From the NCBI GenBank assembly GCA_964057225.1, contig OZ059900.1, forward strand, positions 7,130,001 to 7,194,000: DNA of 64,000 nucleotides, written 5' to 3'. Origin of the DNA: Auanema rhodensis (Eukaryota > Animalia > Nematoda). Below, in pieces: positions 1 to 14,539 of the stretch (position 1 is the first letter of the stretch; every line of letters begins with the position of its first letter). The translations under genes and the position numbers were made by a program. The notes under the pieces are model-generated. The model saw only the letters and a list, made by a program, of their open reading frames with translations. It did no database searches and was not told the origin of the DNA.

Positions 1-75
1 ATTCTTTGTTTTTTCCAACAATAAAGAATTTTCTGACAGAATTGTTTTATTGAAAAGTATAAATCATTTACTTAC

Positions 76-1808
76 CCCCATCCAAGATTCGTCATCCATA
101 TCTTTTATTTTGCCAAAATGTTTCAAATGATCATCGACTCCCTATAAATTAATGTTTTAGCTTCTAACAAGTGAAACTGTTATAAAAATTAAATATATAA
201 GAAGAAAAAAGATAAGCATTTTCGAAAAATCTTTAAAACTTCTCAAAAAAATTCAGTTCATTCAGAATAATTCGAGTTAAAAAAAAGTAATAATGAACTT
301 GCTACACAACCTCAGTATGCTTTCGTGGTGTGTCGTCCGATAGAGCTACCAAATCTCTACGCCGTTTCTTCCAGTCATCAGATAACTAAATAAAGCAAGA
401 CATGCTGATGTCGTAATGATTTGAGTCAAAGCCGATGGTTCAGACGTTTGACCCAATTAAGATTGAAAAAGTTTCTTACATGTTGGAGTTCACCGGAATC
501 AACACTAGAATCTGCCGTTGTCATGCCAGTGGCAGGACTAGCAACACTACCAGATGATCCAAGCGCCGCTGTCGAAGCGTTACCAGCGACCTCGCCTTTA
601 TTACCAATAATGCAAATAGGTGTTTTTCCTAGCAGGGTGAGCACAACATTTTGACCACCTCAAAAATTATAATAGAATTCATCATACAAAGGGAAATTAA
701 AAAAAACTGAGACAACAAGATTCAACAACTTAACACAACTAAATATGGTTTGAAAATAAAATCTAGCAAGTTATGAGATATGCAAAAAAAATTTTTTTAA
801 GTTGGCCAAAGAGTGGGTTGGGGGTGAAGATTCAATTTGGAGCGAATCAAGTCTAAAATGAAACTTTTTCTGGCGCCCAATCCGTATCATTAGTAGAGCA
901 TAGAAAGAGGCAGTTCCGTTTAAATAGCTGAATAGCTTTTTTAGTATTGAAGCGTCGAAAGCATAATGTTAGCCACAATATATATATCTAGCGAGTTTCA
1001 AGCACAAACTTCTGAATCAGCAAAGAAGATGATAGATTAATGAGGACGAGTGAGTCGCCCTCAGCTGAATAATGCGATTCAAAGCAGTAAGTGGTACCCA
1101 AACATAACAAAAAGAAATGAAGTACCAACCAAGCACTAAGCTTCTAATCTTTGAACAAAATAAGAGATAAAGTCATTGAAAGAATTAGAAGAAGCTCATC
1201 TCGTTATTCACAATAAACTAATATTGAACACGCACATCTCAAGGATTCTATTTCCTGTTAGACCAAGAGGAAAAAACAAAATTACAAACCCGATATCATA
1301 CGAACTACATCCAACTGATTGCTCTGCGAGACGGGCATGCCATTAACCTATAAAATACAAATAATCATGTGAACCATCAACAACTTTTTAATGTTTTTTT
1401 TTCAATTTCATTGAATTATGAATTGTTTATTAGAAACCTTTAATATCAACCTTTAATATCCTATCGCCTTCACGCACACCAGCACAATAGGCTGGTCCAC
1501 TCTTACGAACTGTATCCACATAAAAAGGAATATCCCCAGTCACTGTGAAGCCATAACCATCTTGATTACGTTGCACAATCACACATCGTTCTGTCATTAC
1601 TTCACTACTTGTGCTGGCTGAAAAAAAAAGGTTAAGAAAAACTTTTATTCAAGATTAGCTGTTGTTCAAAATATATTTCATGAATACCTTTAATGTGCGG
1701 TGAAAGAGGTGGACTTGTACGTACAAGAGCAACATCTTGTACGATCTGACATCGATGTTCATCCAAACGAACAGGTGTGTTTGTTACAAATTCGTAGGCA
1801 CCTATCAT
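76..1808 (-). CDS. rhgf-1: PDZ-domain RhoGEF (RHGF-1 / ARHGEF11-12-like), 5' exons only; gene continues beyond window start
   Basis: Phase-consistent exons 1808-1688, 1617-1451, 1347-1290, 658-480, 385-311 and 141-76. The spliced product contains ERCVIVQRNQDGYGFTVTGDIPFYVDTVRKSGPAYCAGVREGDRILK-VNGMPVSQSNQLDVVRMISGGQNVVLTLLG, which closely matches the N-terminal PDZ of PDZ-RhoGEF/LARG. RGS/DH domains are not in the window, so the symbol is inferred from the PDZ alone. Confidence 0.8.
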
Positions 1809-3567
1809 AACTAGCTAGGAGTGCCTAGTGAACAGAGAAGCATTCCCCAGAACAGTTCGCTCTCACTAATGCACTGGAACACATAATAATGATTAAATTA
1901 ATTCAAAAAGTATTAAAATACAAGAATTGTACACAAAATTTGAAATTTTAAGAGAAGAAACGAACAAATTTCCGAAATTGAACAGACGTAAGAAAGAGGA
2001 AAATAGAACAAGGTCCGTGCGGATTAGGGTTCGAAAAGATTAAAAACTCATAGACTGTCAACCAGTCTGATGCTGTTTCAAGGTTTAACCAAATGAACAT
2101 ATTGCAGGAACAGGACAAAAGATACAGGAAACGATAGTGCAATAGAAAAAATTGTAGAAAACAAAGATTCTCATTTGCGCTTGCCTGTCACCGAGTCACA
2201 GCTGGTCGGCCAGATCTGAGGTATAGCATACAAAGCACATCATTAGAACAGTCCCTGCACATCCAGTGCGACAATTGGTGATGAAAACCGGCTAAGCAGA
2301 TTACGTAAGTTAAGAAAATAAAACGATTGACGGTTTGATGAGAAAAAATATTGAATCCCAGGGATGACGATACATAGAGTGAACAATTGAGACAGAGACT
2401 AAACGATTAGTACATAGAGAACGGAGAACGCTAGAAAAGGAAAAAGAGAAAAGAAAAAAGAGAATAGAAGAGTGCAATCAATTGCTGACTTCCCACACAC
2501 ATTATCCTTCTATATGACAGCTATCTTTCGAACCAATACCAAGATTCTGCTCTCAATTCAACATCAAGGTCTCACATTGCACGTTCATCGTCACCATCAT
2601 CATCAACATTGTCATAAAATGACCTGTCGCTTGAGAAACAAAATGAAAAAAAGTTTCAGTAATTGCAACACATTAAAAATTAATCGAAAAGATATTACTT
2701 TTGAAAGGCGAGATAATTAATTGTAGATGATTATTTTTTAATTATTAGTGAGTGACTTAGTGAGCTATTAATGCTTAACTGGTGGTTATAAAAACATGAA
2801 GCAACTATTTGGGAATCAATCACTTTAGTAAACTTAGAGAAAGAATACGGAGGAAAGAATGAATACGATGAATTCAGATTAATAATTGCTGACAGACACT
2901 GAAACAAAAAAATCTAGGCTGAACACTGATCATAATACAATTCGTTAATAATTAGTAAACTTTTTTCAGATTATGAAATTATATACATATATAATGAAAA
3001 ATTAAATTTATATACAAAAAAACTGTTGATTAATATGAATATATATCCGCTGATTCAGTTGGCGCTTACTAAGCAATTTGAATGTTGCACTGGTTTTACG
3101 CCAAATTATTAAACAAGGTAATTAATAAGAAAATAAATCTTATGAAATGTAGGGAAAAAACTTTCTAATCTTGATGCAGAGAATGAAAATAATTGTTTTC
3201 ATTGTTTTAAAGACGATTTGATGACAAATCAGAGAAATTATGGGATACAATTCAAATGTTCTAAAAATGATGAGTGTTGTGTCTATTGTCGTTTATGAAA
3301 TCCTCAATTTTTTTTAAGTAGTTGAAAGAAAAACAGAACGCTAAAACTGCAATGGGCTGTGAAGATTTGTTGAGAGTAAAGAAAATGTCATAGAACATTT
3401 GAATTATGGACAAAAGAAACCTGATTTTAAATTTTAAGGAACAAAATTACAATCAAAGCTATATAATCAGAAGAATTCGGAGATAGGACATCAAGATTGA
3501 AAACAATCCTAAAACAACAGAAATGGGATGAACTTTCATTTCTTGCTTGCATATAGACAGACAAATC

Positions 3568-3722
3568 CATACACACACACACACACATACACACACACAT
3601 ACACACACACACACATACACACACAAACATACACACACACATACCCATACACACACATACACATACACATACACACACCCACAAACACACACACTCACAC
3701 ACACACACACACATACACACGC
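3568..3722. repeat. Imperfect (CA)n/(CACATA)n microsatellite
   Basis: Directly visible; it generates the spurious THTH/CVCV ORFs. Confidence 0.97.
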
Positions 3723-6700
3723 ACACGTGTACATATACTCACATATGCACAGTAGAAAAAAAGAAAAGAATATTGGAAGCTGATTGATATTGGGGAGAGA
3801 TAGAGAAAAGAGAAAAAATGAAATACAATGAGAATGCGCTTCAATTTCATTTCAAACTAAATAGCCCATGCTTTCACACATCGGCTATCCGTGCTTACGA
3901 GGACGTCAGCATCTCGAATATCAGTGACGAAAACCCAGATAGAGTTATTGTGAAGTCAGTTTATACCAATGAAATGGAGAGGGAATCGAAGATTTTCATC
4001 CAAGTTTTTTTCATCTAGAATAATGAAAATGGTTGAGGGGGAGGGAGGAAATGATCGAAATTTGACCAAAAAAACAAGGAAGAAGATGAAAATTCATAAG
4101 GTGGTTTATCCTGTTTTCTTAAAGATATATACTACCATGAGATATTACGATAGGATGAAATATTTTTTCTCAGCACAAATGATTTTTTAATTGCCAATAT
4201 TAAGATTTTAAAATAGGCGCAAGTATGAGTTTGTTGAAATCGAGGCAAGAAGGTCAAAAAGACAGAGCTTGACTGCCAATGACTTTAGTCGAATAGAAAA
4301 GAAGATGAACGATGAAAAAAAACGAGAAATATATGTTAGTTGGACGGGAGTTGTCTGAAAATATGTTGCATGCAGATGAATGAGCTAAACGTCTCTACAA
4401 TCATATGAAGAAAAGATATAGACTTTTTCAGGGCAAAAAAAGAAAAGAAAATAAAGATGTATGAAATCCTTGCAATTGCTAATGCTTCAGTCTTTTAACT
4501 TATATGACATGAAAAATGATCAGGACATGAGCAAGTGAGAAGATAGAGCCTCAACGATAAAGAGAGCAGCGAGATAAACTATATACAAATGTTGTCTAAA
4601 ATCGAAACATCTAATCGATAACAATATCCGTCTTCGTCATCTTTTTCTTTCTGTCTCTCTATTTTAACTTTTTGGGCGTGTGTCTCTGTGTATGTATGTG
4701 TATTGTGGTTGGTTTAAAACTATCTAAACAGGCTACTCTTTCGTTATTTCCCAGCAGCCATGCCCTCCCTATCATTCTTTTCTTTCGTTTCTCTCTCTAT
4801 TGTATGTCATTCCTTTTTTGTGTTCAATCCTTTTTTTCTTCAATTTCCATTCATCATTTCACTGTTTCTCTTTTTCTCGCATTCTCTGTTAGGCAATCTC
4901 TCTTACTAACTGATCTTTTCCTTTTCTCGCTCACTCTATCATAATTCTATCATCTTGACAGATGCTGTCTCTTTGGTTCACATACGCATACATATCTGTC
5001 TACTTCACACCAGGAAAACCACCAGTTTTCTATCATTCTTATAAATTTCTTTCTCTACTTTTCTCACGTTTCTTTTCTCATTTTCCTTCGTCACCTATTT
5101 CACTAAACTGACTATGCTATATTCTTTTCTTTCTTTTTTCAATCAAGTTGCGTCCCCATTAAATCTTAATTATATACGATTTTTTGTATGCTAAATATTA
5201 ATTAAAACTCAAAAGCTAATTTTATATCCAAGTTGATTTGTCAAAGTTTTGAAAAACGATCAAACTTATTTTTGTGAGCTTATTTAAGAGGTAATCTAAT
5301 ATACTAACAGATATAAATTAATTGTTACAATCTCTAAATAATACGACATGCATTGAAACTACCCAAAAGCAAACCAACTGTATTTTTGACCCAACATTTT
5401 TTCAGATGTCCTCGTCCTTCACTTTTTGTTCTCCAAACAATCGGTGAACCATTCAGGCTGCGGAACAATCAAAACTTTTAAACTAAAACGAGATATATGA
5501 AGAAGACTCGGCTTTTCCCATAAACGTTATTCTTTTATGTCAATTATAAAAAAAATCGAAAAATGAATTATTTAAAAAAAAGGAGCTTTTCCAAGTACTT
5601 GATTACTTCATCTCTAGGAAGAAAATAATTAAAAATATAAAGGAAAATATACAGAAGATAGAGCAATGTACTGATAAAAAAATGAAACTCTTTGCACATA
5701 ATTAATGCAGTGAAAAATAACCAAAATTTTGATTACAGCTGACTCTAAATTGAAAAAGAATTCCTTTCAGTAAGACGAGCTGTAACGTGTGGTCTTCAAT
5801 AAAGCGAAATATGCACCCCAAAAAGCCAATGAAAAATCAAGTTATTACAGGAAATAATGATGATAGCAATACTTAAAATAATTTCAAAAACAACCATACT
5901 AAATTAGATTATAATCTTTTTTCTTGTACAAATAAAGCTGGAACAAACTACATATAAAAAAATAAAAAATATGCTTGAGAAAAAATACTAAAAATGTTAA
6001 ACATTTGAGCAGAAACGTTTTTGATATTTCTGGTTATATCCCTGCTGATTTAAAAAACACAATAAGTCGTGAAGATATTGCTATCCTATTCAAAATCTTT
6101 ATCGTTGGATAATTTGTTCTCTGATCCTTAATCTTTTGCTCACTATTTTACTTTCTTCTATTGAAGAATGGCAATTTTTTTCGAAAAAGTCAAGAATATT
6201 GTGAAAGATAAAAAGAGTTAATCACATGTATGTTTGAAGAAAAAGTAGAAAATTTGCCAGATGAACTCTATTGATATTCAAGATGTTGATGTTGATACAT
6301 CAAGAAGACTCATTCTGGCAGCACTTATATTTAGGACATATGGCGATAGGTCATTTATCCTATTGCCTTTATCTCACTCGTTCACTTTCTTCATAGCGCT
6401 TTGTCATTCTTATATGGTATATATGGTTCTTATATATTATCCACACTCTTTTTACAACGGATTAGCGTATTATTACTGTCATTTGTAAATTAATGATTTC
6501 TTTTAGCATTTTTGCAAGATAAATACACAAATCATTGACTAAATATCAGAATCTAAAAGACATTCATTCAACTATTCCATGAGCAACAGAACAGAATACC
6601 GAATTAGGGCTAACAAAACGCATAAAACGGCTCAAAAGCTACTTAGCATTTCTTTGAAATCGTTCACTTACTCACTAAAATATTTCAGACAGAAAATAGA

Positions 6701-7806
6701 AAGATTAGTTGTTCTCTCAATAGACAAAAGTTATTTGCTTGAGGAAAATATAACAAACTGGAGATGTAAATGATTTTTCACGACTCTGTCGATAAAAAAA
6801 TGAAAAAATATGAAACGAAGGAATAATCCCAGAAACAAAATGTTTTAGAAGAAGCATAAGTGTCAAAGATAAATAGAATAACTTTTCATATTTTCAAAAT
6901 ATTATCACTAAATGTATAAAAGATACCAAGATTGAAAAAATATTTCCAGAAAATGATGCGAGTTCACATAAATGCCACAATGATACAGTAAAAGGTGTGA
7001 AAAAGATAAAAAGAATTTGAAAGCAACAATATGTGAGAAATCGTAAACATATTTTGAGCATTTTTTCGTGAATGTTGAGATTAAAAAATTGTAGTTGAAA
7101 GAATACCGTCAAGTGAAGAAATATGTGATTGATGGCATTGGGAACATCTGGCATTTAAAGGGTTGGGGTCATTTGCATCATAGTGACTTTTGGAACATAT
7201 CTCACAATTTCTTAGAGGCAGTGAAAAAAAACTATAAAATTTTCTGCCTTACTTCTTAAAAATATTTTGAATTTTTATGTAATGAGAATAATGAAAGCAA
7301 ACTTTTCTCTCATTACTTTAATTATAGACATTAGTATACAAACGATTTGAGTAGTTGCATGACCTCTAAGGACAGGAGGTGGAATTTTCTTGTACTATAG
7401 CAGGATCAAACTTGAATGAGTGAGTCAGAGACGAACAACATTAGTAGTGACGACTCAGTTAAAATCTAGTCAGAATAAAGCTGAACCAACGAGGAGTATG
7501 AAAAAAGTCAAAAAAAGATTTGATCAACCAGCGAACAGATGGCTTTATCATCTTATTGTCAAGTAAACTTCTACAAATGTACGTAATCTGTGTGAGGTCT
7601 TCCTAAATCAATCAAGTGCACAAGCAATCAAGAAAAGATAACTATTAGCTGAGGACAAAAAAACTTAAATAGATTCATCGCACAGCAGGAAGAAATGTGT
7701 TTTTTTGCCTAAGAGAATAATATTATGATGCAAAATCATTGAAATCAATTTATTTCATTTTACTATCAAACAACGAAACGAGTATAAGAAAGGAAAAAAT
7801 TGGTTT

Positions 7807-7880
7807 AGTAAAGTTCAACTAGAGACAGTCATATTCAGTAAAATTCAACTTGAAATTGTTTCAGTCAGTAAAGTCCAACT
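7807..7880. repeat. Three copies of a 14-bp motif AGTAAARTYCAACT at exact 30-bp period
   Basis: agtaaagttcaact 7807-7820, agtaaaattcaact 7837-7850, agtaaagtccaact 7867-7880, separated by dissimilar 16-bp spacers. Confidence 0.8.
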
Positions 7881-10800
7881 TAAGAGCATAATTGCATTGC
7901 TTGTATGAGATTCAAAAACAGGAGTTGTTTATATACAAACAAATAAAAGTTGAAAACTATTCCAAGTATATTGATATGTTAATAATTGTATGTAATAGTT
8001 GTTTTTGATAGTGTAAAATGTGCATGAAGATATCTTAATTCATGCTATATACATTACAGAACAAAAGAGATCATGATCCAGATAGATAGAAAGAGTCAAA
8101 GGCCTAAGCTTAAACGGCGGATAGCAAGCCACAAAAGAGACGCGGATCAGATGCCAGATTTAAGAGAGATAGTGAGAAAGAGCATGGATTTTATAACTAA
8201 ACGAGCTAGTGGCAGTGAGACAGAGACTGAAAGGATATAGAGAGAATACGAGAAAGGGATAGTCAAAGTTAGAGCTTGAAAGCAAGTCAAGACGAACATT
8301 TACATCGATTCCATAAACTCAGCATGTCAAAGGGTACATATGTGTATGTTGTATTCAAATATGATATAGGATCATAGGTTTGAATGAATCTTAAAAAATA
8401 TATATTTGAAAAAATGATTACATATATATATATAAATTATTTTTGTGTGCTCAAAACTAGTTGATCCGACTAAATCCGTTAAGAAACAACACAATTCGTA
8501 ACTTCGTATTGAGCACACTGCGCTTGTGAACACTCGAGATTATGTTATTATATGAATATTTGATAATATAACATACATTAAAAACAAAAGATATTTGCAT
8601 TAAAAAAATGTGATCTAGTGAAGATTTAGTTTAGGATCTACCATTTTTTTAAGATTGATATTATAAGTTGAGGACAAAATGCATTTATTGAATAGAATTG
8701 CATGTCATAAAACATTGTTTAAGTATCGCTGACTGCAGTCTTTTTCTGTTAAAAACTTTAAATCCTATTTGAAAAATGTTATTTTTCTTTTTTCTTTGAA
8801 AATTGGTCACAGCAGTTAAATGTTGTAGTTTTTTTAACATCATTGAAGCATAATGGACTATTCTCTTTACATGCAATATGAATCATTCTTAGTGCTCCAT
8901 TCCTCTTTCTCTCTTTATATTTATATATGGAAAAAGAGAAAATGAGAGAGAAACAGAGAGAGAAAGAAAAGATTATTTATTTCTTCTGATCTCTTTCCTT
9001 TCTTAAAACTATAGAAAATCTCAGAAACTGCAAAAATAGGATGCATTTCATATTGAAGTTGTATCCATATTTTCAGCATTTCTTCTTTCTCACTCTCTCT
9101 ATAGAGTGCACACTGCACGATCTATTCTGTTTCCTATATCTCTTGTTTCACAGTAGTCTTTACTGGAGCAGCATCATAGACTATACAAGCGGTCATGACA
9201 CTCTTCATTCTTCTCATCTTTTTATGTCCTACTTCCTGTTCCAACATAGTTGTGGCATGAAAGCAAGACAACAGCAGTCATCCAATTCCATAAAAATGAA
9301 CACAAATAAAAACTATGAAGAACTTTAGAAAAGGGAATATGGAAACAAAATTGAAAAATCCTGAATAATTGTTGATAATTGATTTAGAATTAATTTCACA
9401 AATAACTTTTTCTCATAAAACGAGAAATCATTATTACTGAAAATATAATACTAAATCAACACCATTTAAAACAGAAAAACAAAACAAAAGCAAAAATACG
9501 GTTGAGTGGTACTTGGATAAGAGATGTATATATTCATTCACACAGAGACTCATTTGTATTCGCTTTATCGCCTCAAGTCTAAGAAAAGATCTCTTCTAAT
9601 CTCTTCATTTGATGTGAATGCTTAAATCTGTTGATTGATGTGCCCTATTGTTAGAAGTACGTTAGTTAAATTGTTGAGAAAAGTGAAAATCTCTTTATAA
9701 TTTCGAAATAAACAAAATATAAGCTGGGAAAATTTAAGTATCAATTTAGTTGAACGTGATAAATAGTTTATACAGATCTTTATAGCTTAGTGATCATTGA
9801 ACTTTACATCAACTTTTACTCATTTTTTTCTTCCGAAAATTGACAGAATTTGATGCAATTTTTGATGGAGGTCAAATCAAAGATGAGCAAGAAACTAACT
9901 AATCGTAAGGACATGAGACGTTTCGCGAATAACTCAATTTGCTTTGAAAACGACTTGGTGATCTGAGAAATCTGTTACTTTAATCAACTCATTGCCAGTG
10001 TGTTCTCTCTGCTATTTACATTGTCTCAAGCTAGCTGTCCACAATTTGTTGTCTGGTTTGACATGTACGAGCCAAATCAGACGGGAAGTGCATCAACTTT
10101 GTGCGGTTGATGTTAGATTTCGTCCTCAGGGAAATAAGCGATGCAATGATCGAGCGGAGTAGAGAAATAACATAAAAATGGTGGGTGGCTCCTTGAAGGT
10201 CACTTCATTTGCAGCTTCTAATCGTAGATAGATGATGAACAGCTCAAAGATGATGCATGACAAATCATAAAAAAATGTGGATCGGGATATGAAAACTTGA
10301 GTTTTGCTCAAAACATTTTGACTATGTAAAAAAAGAGAAAAAGAAAAGATGAATGAAGACTCATTGTAGCAAAAAAGGAAAAAAGGAAAGGGCGAGGAAG
10401 AATGAAAATCTAAGAAAACTGAGAATAAGAAAATGAGAGAAAGAAAACATGAAGGAAGAGATCTTGGGTGAATATGACAAGACATAGTGAGTATGCAAGT
10501 TGTGCTTTCAGATTTGTTATCGCTATGACTCTAGAGAATATGGTACACAAGCTATCCAGGATCTGTCCCTAGAGAATAAGCGTATATACTAAGGGTGGCC
10601 AAGAGTGATGCGCAAAGACTGTTAGGCTGGATGCTATGCCAACTAAGGATACCAGAGGTCACATTGTGCATTCTGAGCTATAGATGACAAAGTACTTGCA
10701 GTTTGTAAGCAATTCACTTCAAAAAAGCTTGAAACGAAAATGAACTTTCAAAAGGGAGGCTTAGTACACTTGTTATTCTCTGATTTAACAAGAAAAAGAG

Positions 10801-13800
10801 CTAAGAATGAAAAATGAAGTAATAAAGTAAAAATATATATAAATATAAGTATATTTGAATGAGAAATGAAATCAGGCTAGTAGTTTTCGAGAACCGAATA
10901 AGAAAAATTGTGCGAAAATGTAGGAACAACTGATAAATTTTTGAGATTCAACAACAAATTGAATAAAAAGATGCAGTGATATAGAATAAATATTTTGTGA
11001 AAATAATACTTTAATAGTTGAAGCAAAAAAGCTACTGCTATTAACCTAACAAAAGTCAAAGCCTAGATATTTTGATTTATAACAACAGTAGCGAAAAATC
11101 TCTATCAACTTAACTATATCTAACTAGTTAGAAAAAGAGTAACAACCTTTAGTTCAAAGAGAAAAATATAGAACTCTGTGTATACGAGATATGAACCATG
11201 AGTTAGATATAAGACAAAAAAAATGAAAAAGCAATAGTGGGTGTGGGGTGAAAAAAATAGAATAATTTACAAAGTTAGTACACAAAGCCATAGATTTTAT
11301 CTCAAATCCTCTTTGGCCTAGTCAGCTTTTCTAGAAACTGAAAACATATTTTTCTTCACACCCATATCCCAAAACATATACGCATACATAGGCATTTACC
11401 CATGCGGCGGACCCGAATGTGTCCAGCTATCAATCTAGATGTGCTGTACAAAAACTTAGAAAAAGAGAAACAAATATAGCAAAAACTTACAAAATAACTG
11501 AATGAATTCATGGAAACATTTCGAAACACTAAAAAAAGAAAATGTTTAAAATGTTTTCAATACTATTTTCTTGTCACATAATCCACTGTAAGTACGAATG
11601 TGTCTAAGCAGAGTGAGAAATATAAGAATAGAACAAAAAATTTAAAACGAAAACTAATTATAGAATACGAGAACTGCAGAGCATATCGACAAATTGAAAT
11701 ATATCCAAATGAGTATGAAAAGTATAAAATAATAGGGAAAATAAAAGCAACAAGCAAATTGAAAATAGAATTAGAAATTTTACAATAATGAAAAAGTTGA
11801 ATGAAAAGGAAATAAGTTTTAGTTCAATATTCTTGTAACAAAACAAAAATAAATTAATGACATGTGATTAGTCTAATAAAGTGCTTTGACAACAAGTCCA
11901 AAGAAATAGGAAAAATCAGGCAAAAAATAAAGATAAATAAATTTTTTCATTCAAAACTCAAATTCTATATTTATTCTTTTGAAAACTACAAAAAAATAAT
12001 GCGGAACGAAACAGAAAAACTGAAAAGTGCTGAAACGAGATTGAAATGACAAGTAGAAAAGAAATGACGAGAGCACGATGAGGCCAAAGATTCCTCAAAA
12101 AATCACAGAAATATTTGTGAGAGTGCTCACTTGAGCAGCGTCTGGGGACGGCAATGCCATTTTTCCCTTAAACTCATGGTGGTCTTTTATGGATGAACAA
12201 ATGTTCAAAAAAATAAAAGAAACCGAATGTAGCACATCCTGCTAAGCGAGGGAAAAATTTAGAATACATAAACTATCATATATGTATATGTCTGTATATT
12301 CATTAGCTACGTCACACTTATTTATGGTTTTATGTTATTTTACTTATTACTGAACAAAAGTTTAGAGATATTGAATGAAAATGGAAGATTTGTTGATATA
12401 CGGAGAAAATAAGTATTTTTGTATCATGCGCATCTGATGAGTAAACGATATGTGTATTAAAAACATTCTCAACTAAAATATGCAAAACTTCTCAATATTA
12501 AAATTGAATTTTATGTATAATATACATCTTTTTCTATGCTATTGAATGCTTATACATGAATCATTGGCAAATAATGTTTAAGTTGAAAACTTGATATCAG
12601 AGCATAATATGAAAATGTTTTCAATGTTTATAAAAATTTCAAATACGGAAAGTCAAATTTCAATATTTTTTTCAAATTATTAAATCCCATATTTCATACC
12701 CTCTCTCAATGCGGCAATTTAAAGTTAGCAAAAACAAGATGTATTGGATTTTAGGTGGATGAATATTCAAAAAAATCATGTTATATGTCAATATAAATTA
12801 TCTTTTGCTTTGTTCTTTTTCACTCATATTAAGCGACAATTTCTTTTTTTACATTAAAAATTGATATCGAGGACTGATGTTAAGATTTGATTTAAAATTC
12901 GAAAATTAAAAAAAAAACATTTAGTCAATGGTTTTCAGATTCAATACTTCGTATCTTATCATATAAAATATCAGAGAAGGAAACATCTATTTATATATGA
13001 ATGGATTTGAGTGTGAATGCTAGTTATATCTGCTATGTAAGTTATTTGTAGCAAACAAAAAGGGGATCATATCTAAGTTGTTAGTGTAAAATGAACAATT
13101 CAATTTTGTTGCTCCATTCTTTTTGCACACCCCCGCTCTCTATGACTTCATAGGTGCCAGAATATGAGCATACATAGAACGAAAATAAAGAAAACGCTAG
13201 TATTACTGATGTTAGCAAAGGATTGATGCTGGTACAACATTAAAAAGATAGTGAAACAGGAATAGAAAGTATCTGAATGAAGACTGAAGAAATTAGATTG
13301 TTTAAAAATTGAACTTAAAAATATAGGATTAGTCAATGCACTGTTCATAAGTTGCAAAAACTGCAGAAAATATACTAGATTGTCATTTACTTTATTTTAA
13401 GCATTCAAAAAATCCCGCTCATTTTCTTCCCCTTCAAAATTGAAAAGAAAAAACAAAAACTGATGTTCCTCTCGAATCAATTAATACGTAGAGCAAAAAA
13501 TAAGTTGAAATGATTTCAGATATATTCACGTAGAAAAAAAATATTGTGAAAATTTTTTTTTCAAAAAAAAGTTGATGGACATAATCATGATCACCTTTAT
13601 CCTCGTCAACAATAGTGCACATTTAGCAACTGTTAGAAAGCAGTTAAGTCAGTTCGTTCGTGATCAGAAACAAACAAATCCACTAGTCTTACACACATTA
13701 GATTAGTCTTCTATGAATGAATTGTAATTGAAAAACTACAAGAAACAATAGAGCGCATACAATTCAATGAATTCAAATGGATGATTGAAAACCAATTCTT

Positions 13801-14495
13801 TCTTTGAAATTGGAAAAGTGGATTATCTCTAATAGATCTATGATCATCATATTTAAGTGAAAACACGACAGACAAGTACTTGTTGCTTTAATCTTCTTTT
13901 TGCTCTACGAACCGTTGATCTATGTGACATCTAACTCTAAATAATCATTCAAAAAACAGCCGTTAACAACATGAACTCATTTTTGAGGAAAAAAACGTAA
14001 AAGCTGCATATTTCATATGAAAATGAATCAAAATCTTTATTCTAGCATATCTTTTTCAAAGTTTGAGAATGACAGAAAATATACTTTCTGCACTATTTCT
14101 TGAACTATTTTCAAGTATAACACAAAGTAGTTATAAAAATAATAACATGAACTATACAATGAAACATAAGAACACTATTTAGAAAAATAGAAATATAGTA
14201 ATTGAACTAACGTATGGTCTATTTGGAATATATTTCGATTTTAAACAAAACAATTCTTATGTCAGTCGCATTGATTCTTCAAAAATTACATTTTTCAAAG
14301 ACATATGATCAGTGCAAAAACGAGTTAAAAATTTTCAGTAAAAAAATTCGAGAAAAGTGAAAATTAATCATTCAAATTAAACTTTCTCTTCCTGAAAAAC
14401 ACCGAACATTTCGAAAACTATAAAGCTATTTATCATTTGTTCCAGTCAAAAGCTCATGTGGGCTTTTCCACCGTGCAGAGTTTCTACTGTTCCGC

Positions 14496-14539
14496 GCTCG
14501 CTTGTTGATGTATGTGCCAGCATGTGTCAATGTGCGAGC
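14496..14539 (+). ncRNA. Candidate structured RNA hairpin (unclassified)
   Basis: gcucgcuuguugauguaugu-GCCA-gcaugugucaaugugcgagc folds into a 20-position stem with one U-U mismatch and six G-U pairs. The fold works on the + strand only. Confidence 0.3.

Noticed and set aside
3427-3783. Overlapping CVCV/THTH ORFs
   Set aside because: They are translations of a (CA)n microsatellite, not genes.
7807-7880. Repeat-spacer pattern as a CRISPR array
   Set aside because: Repeats (14 bp) and spacers (16 bp) are too short, there are only three copies, the context is eukaryotic and there are no cas genes.
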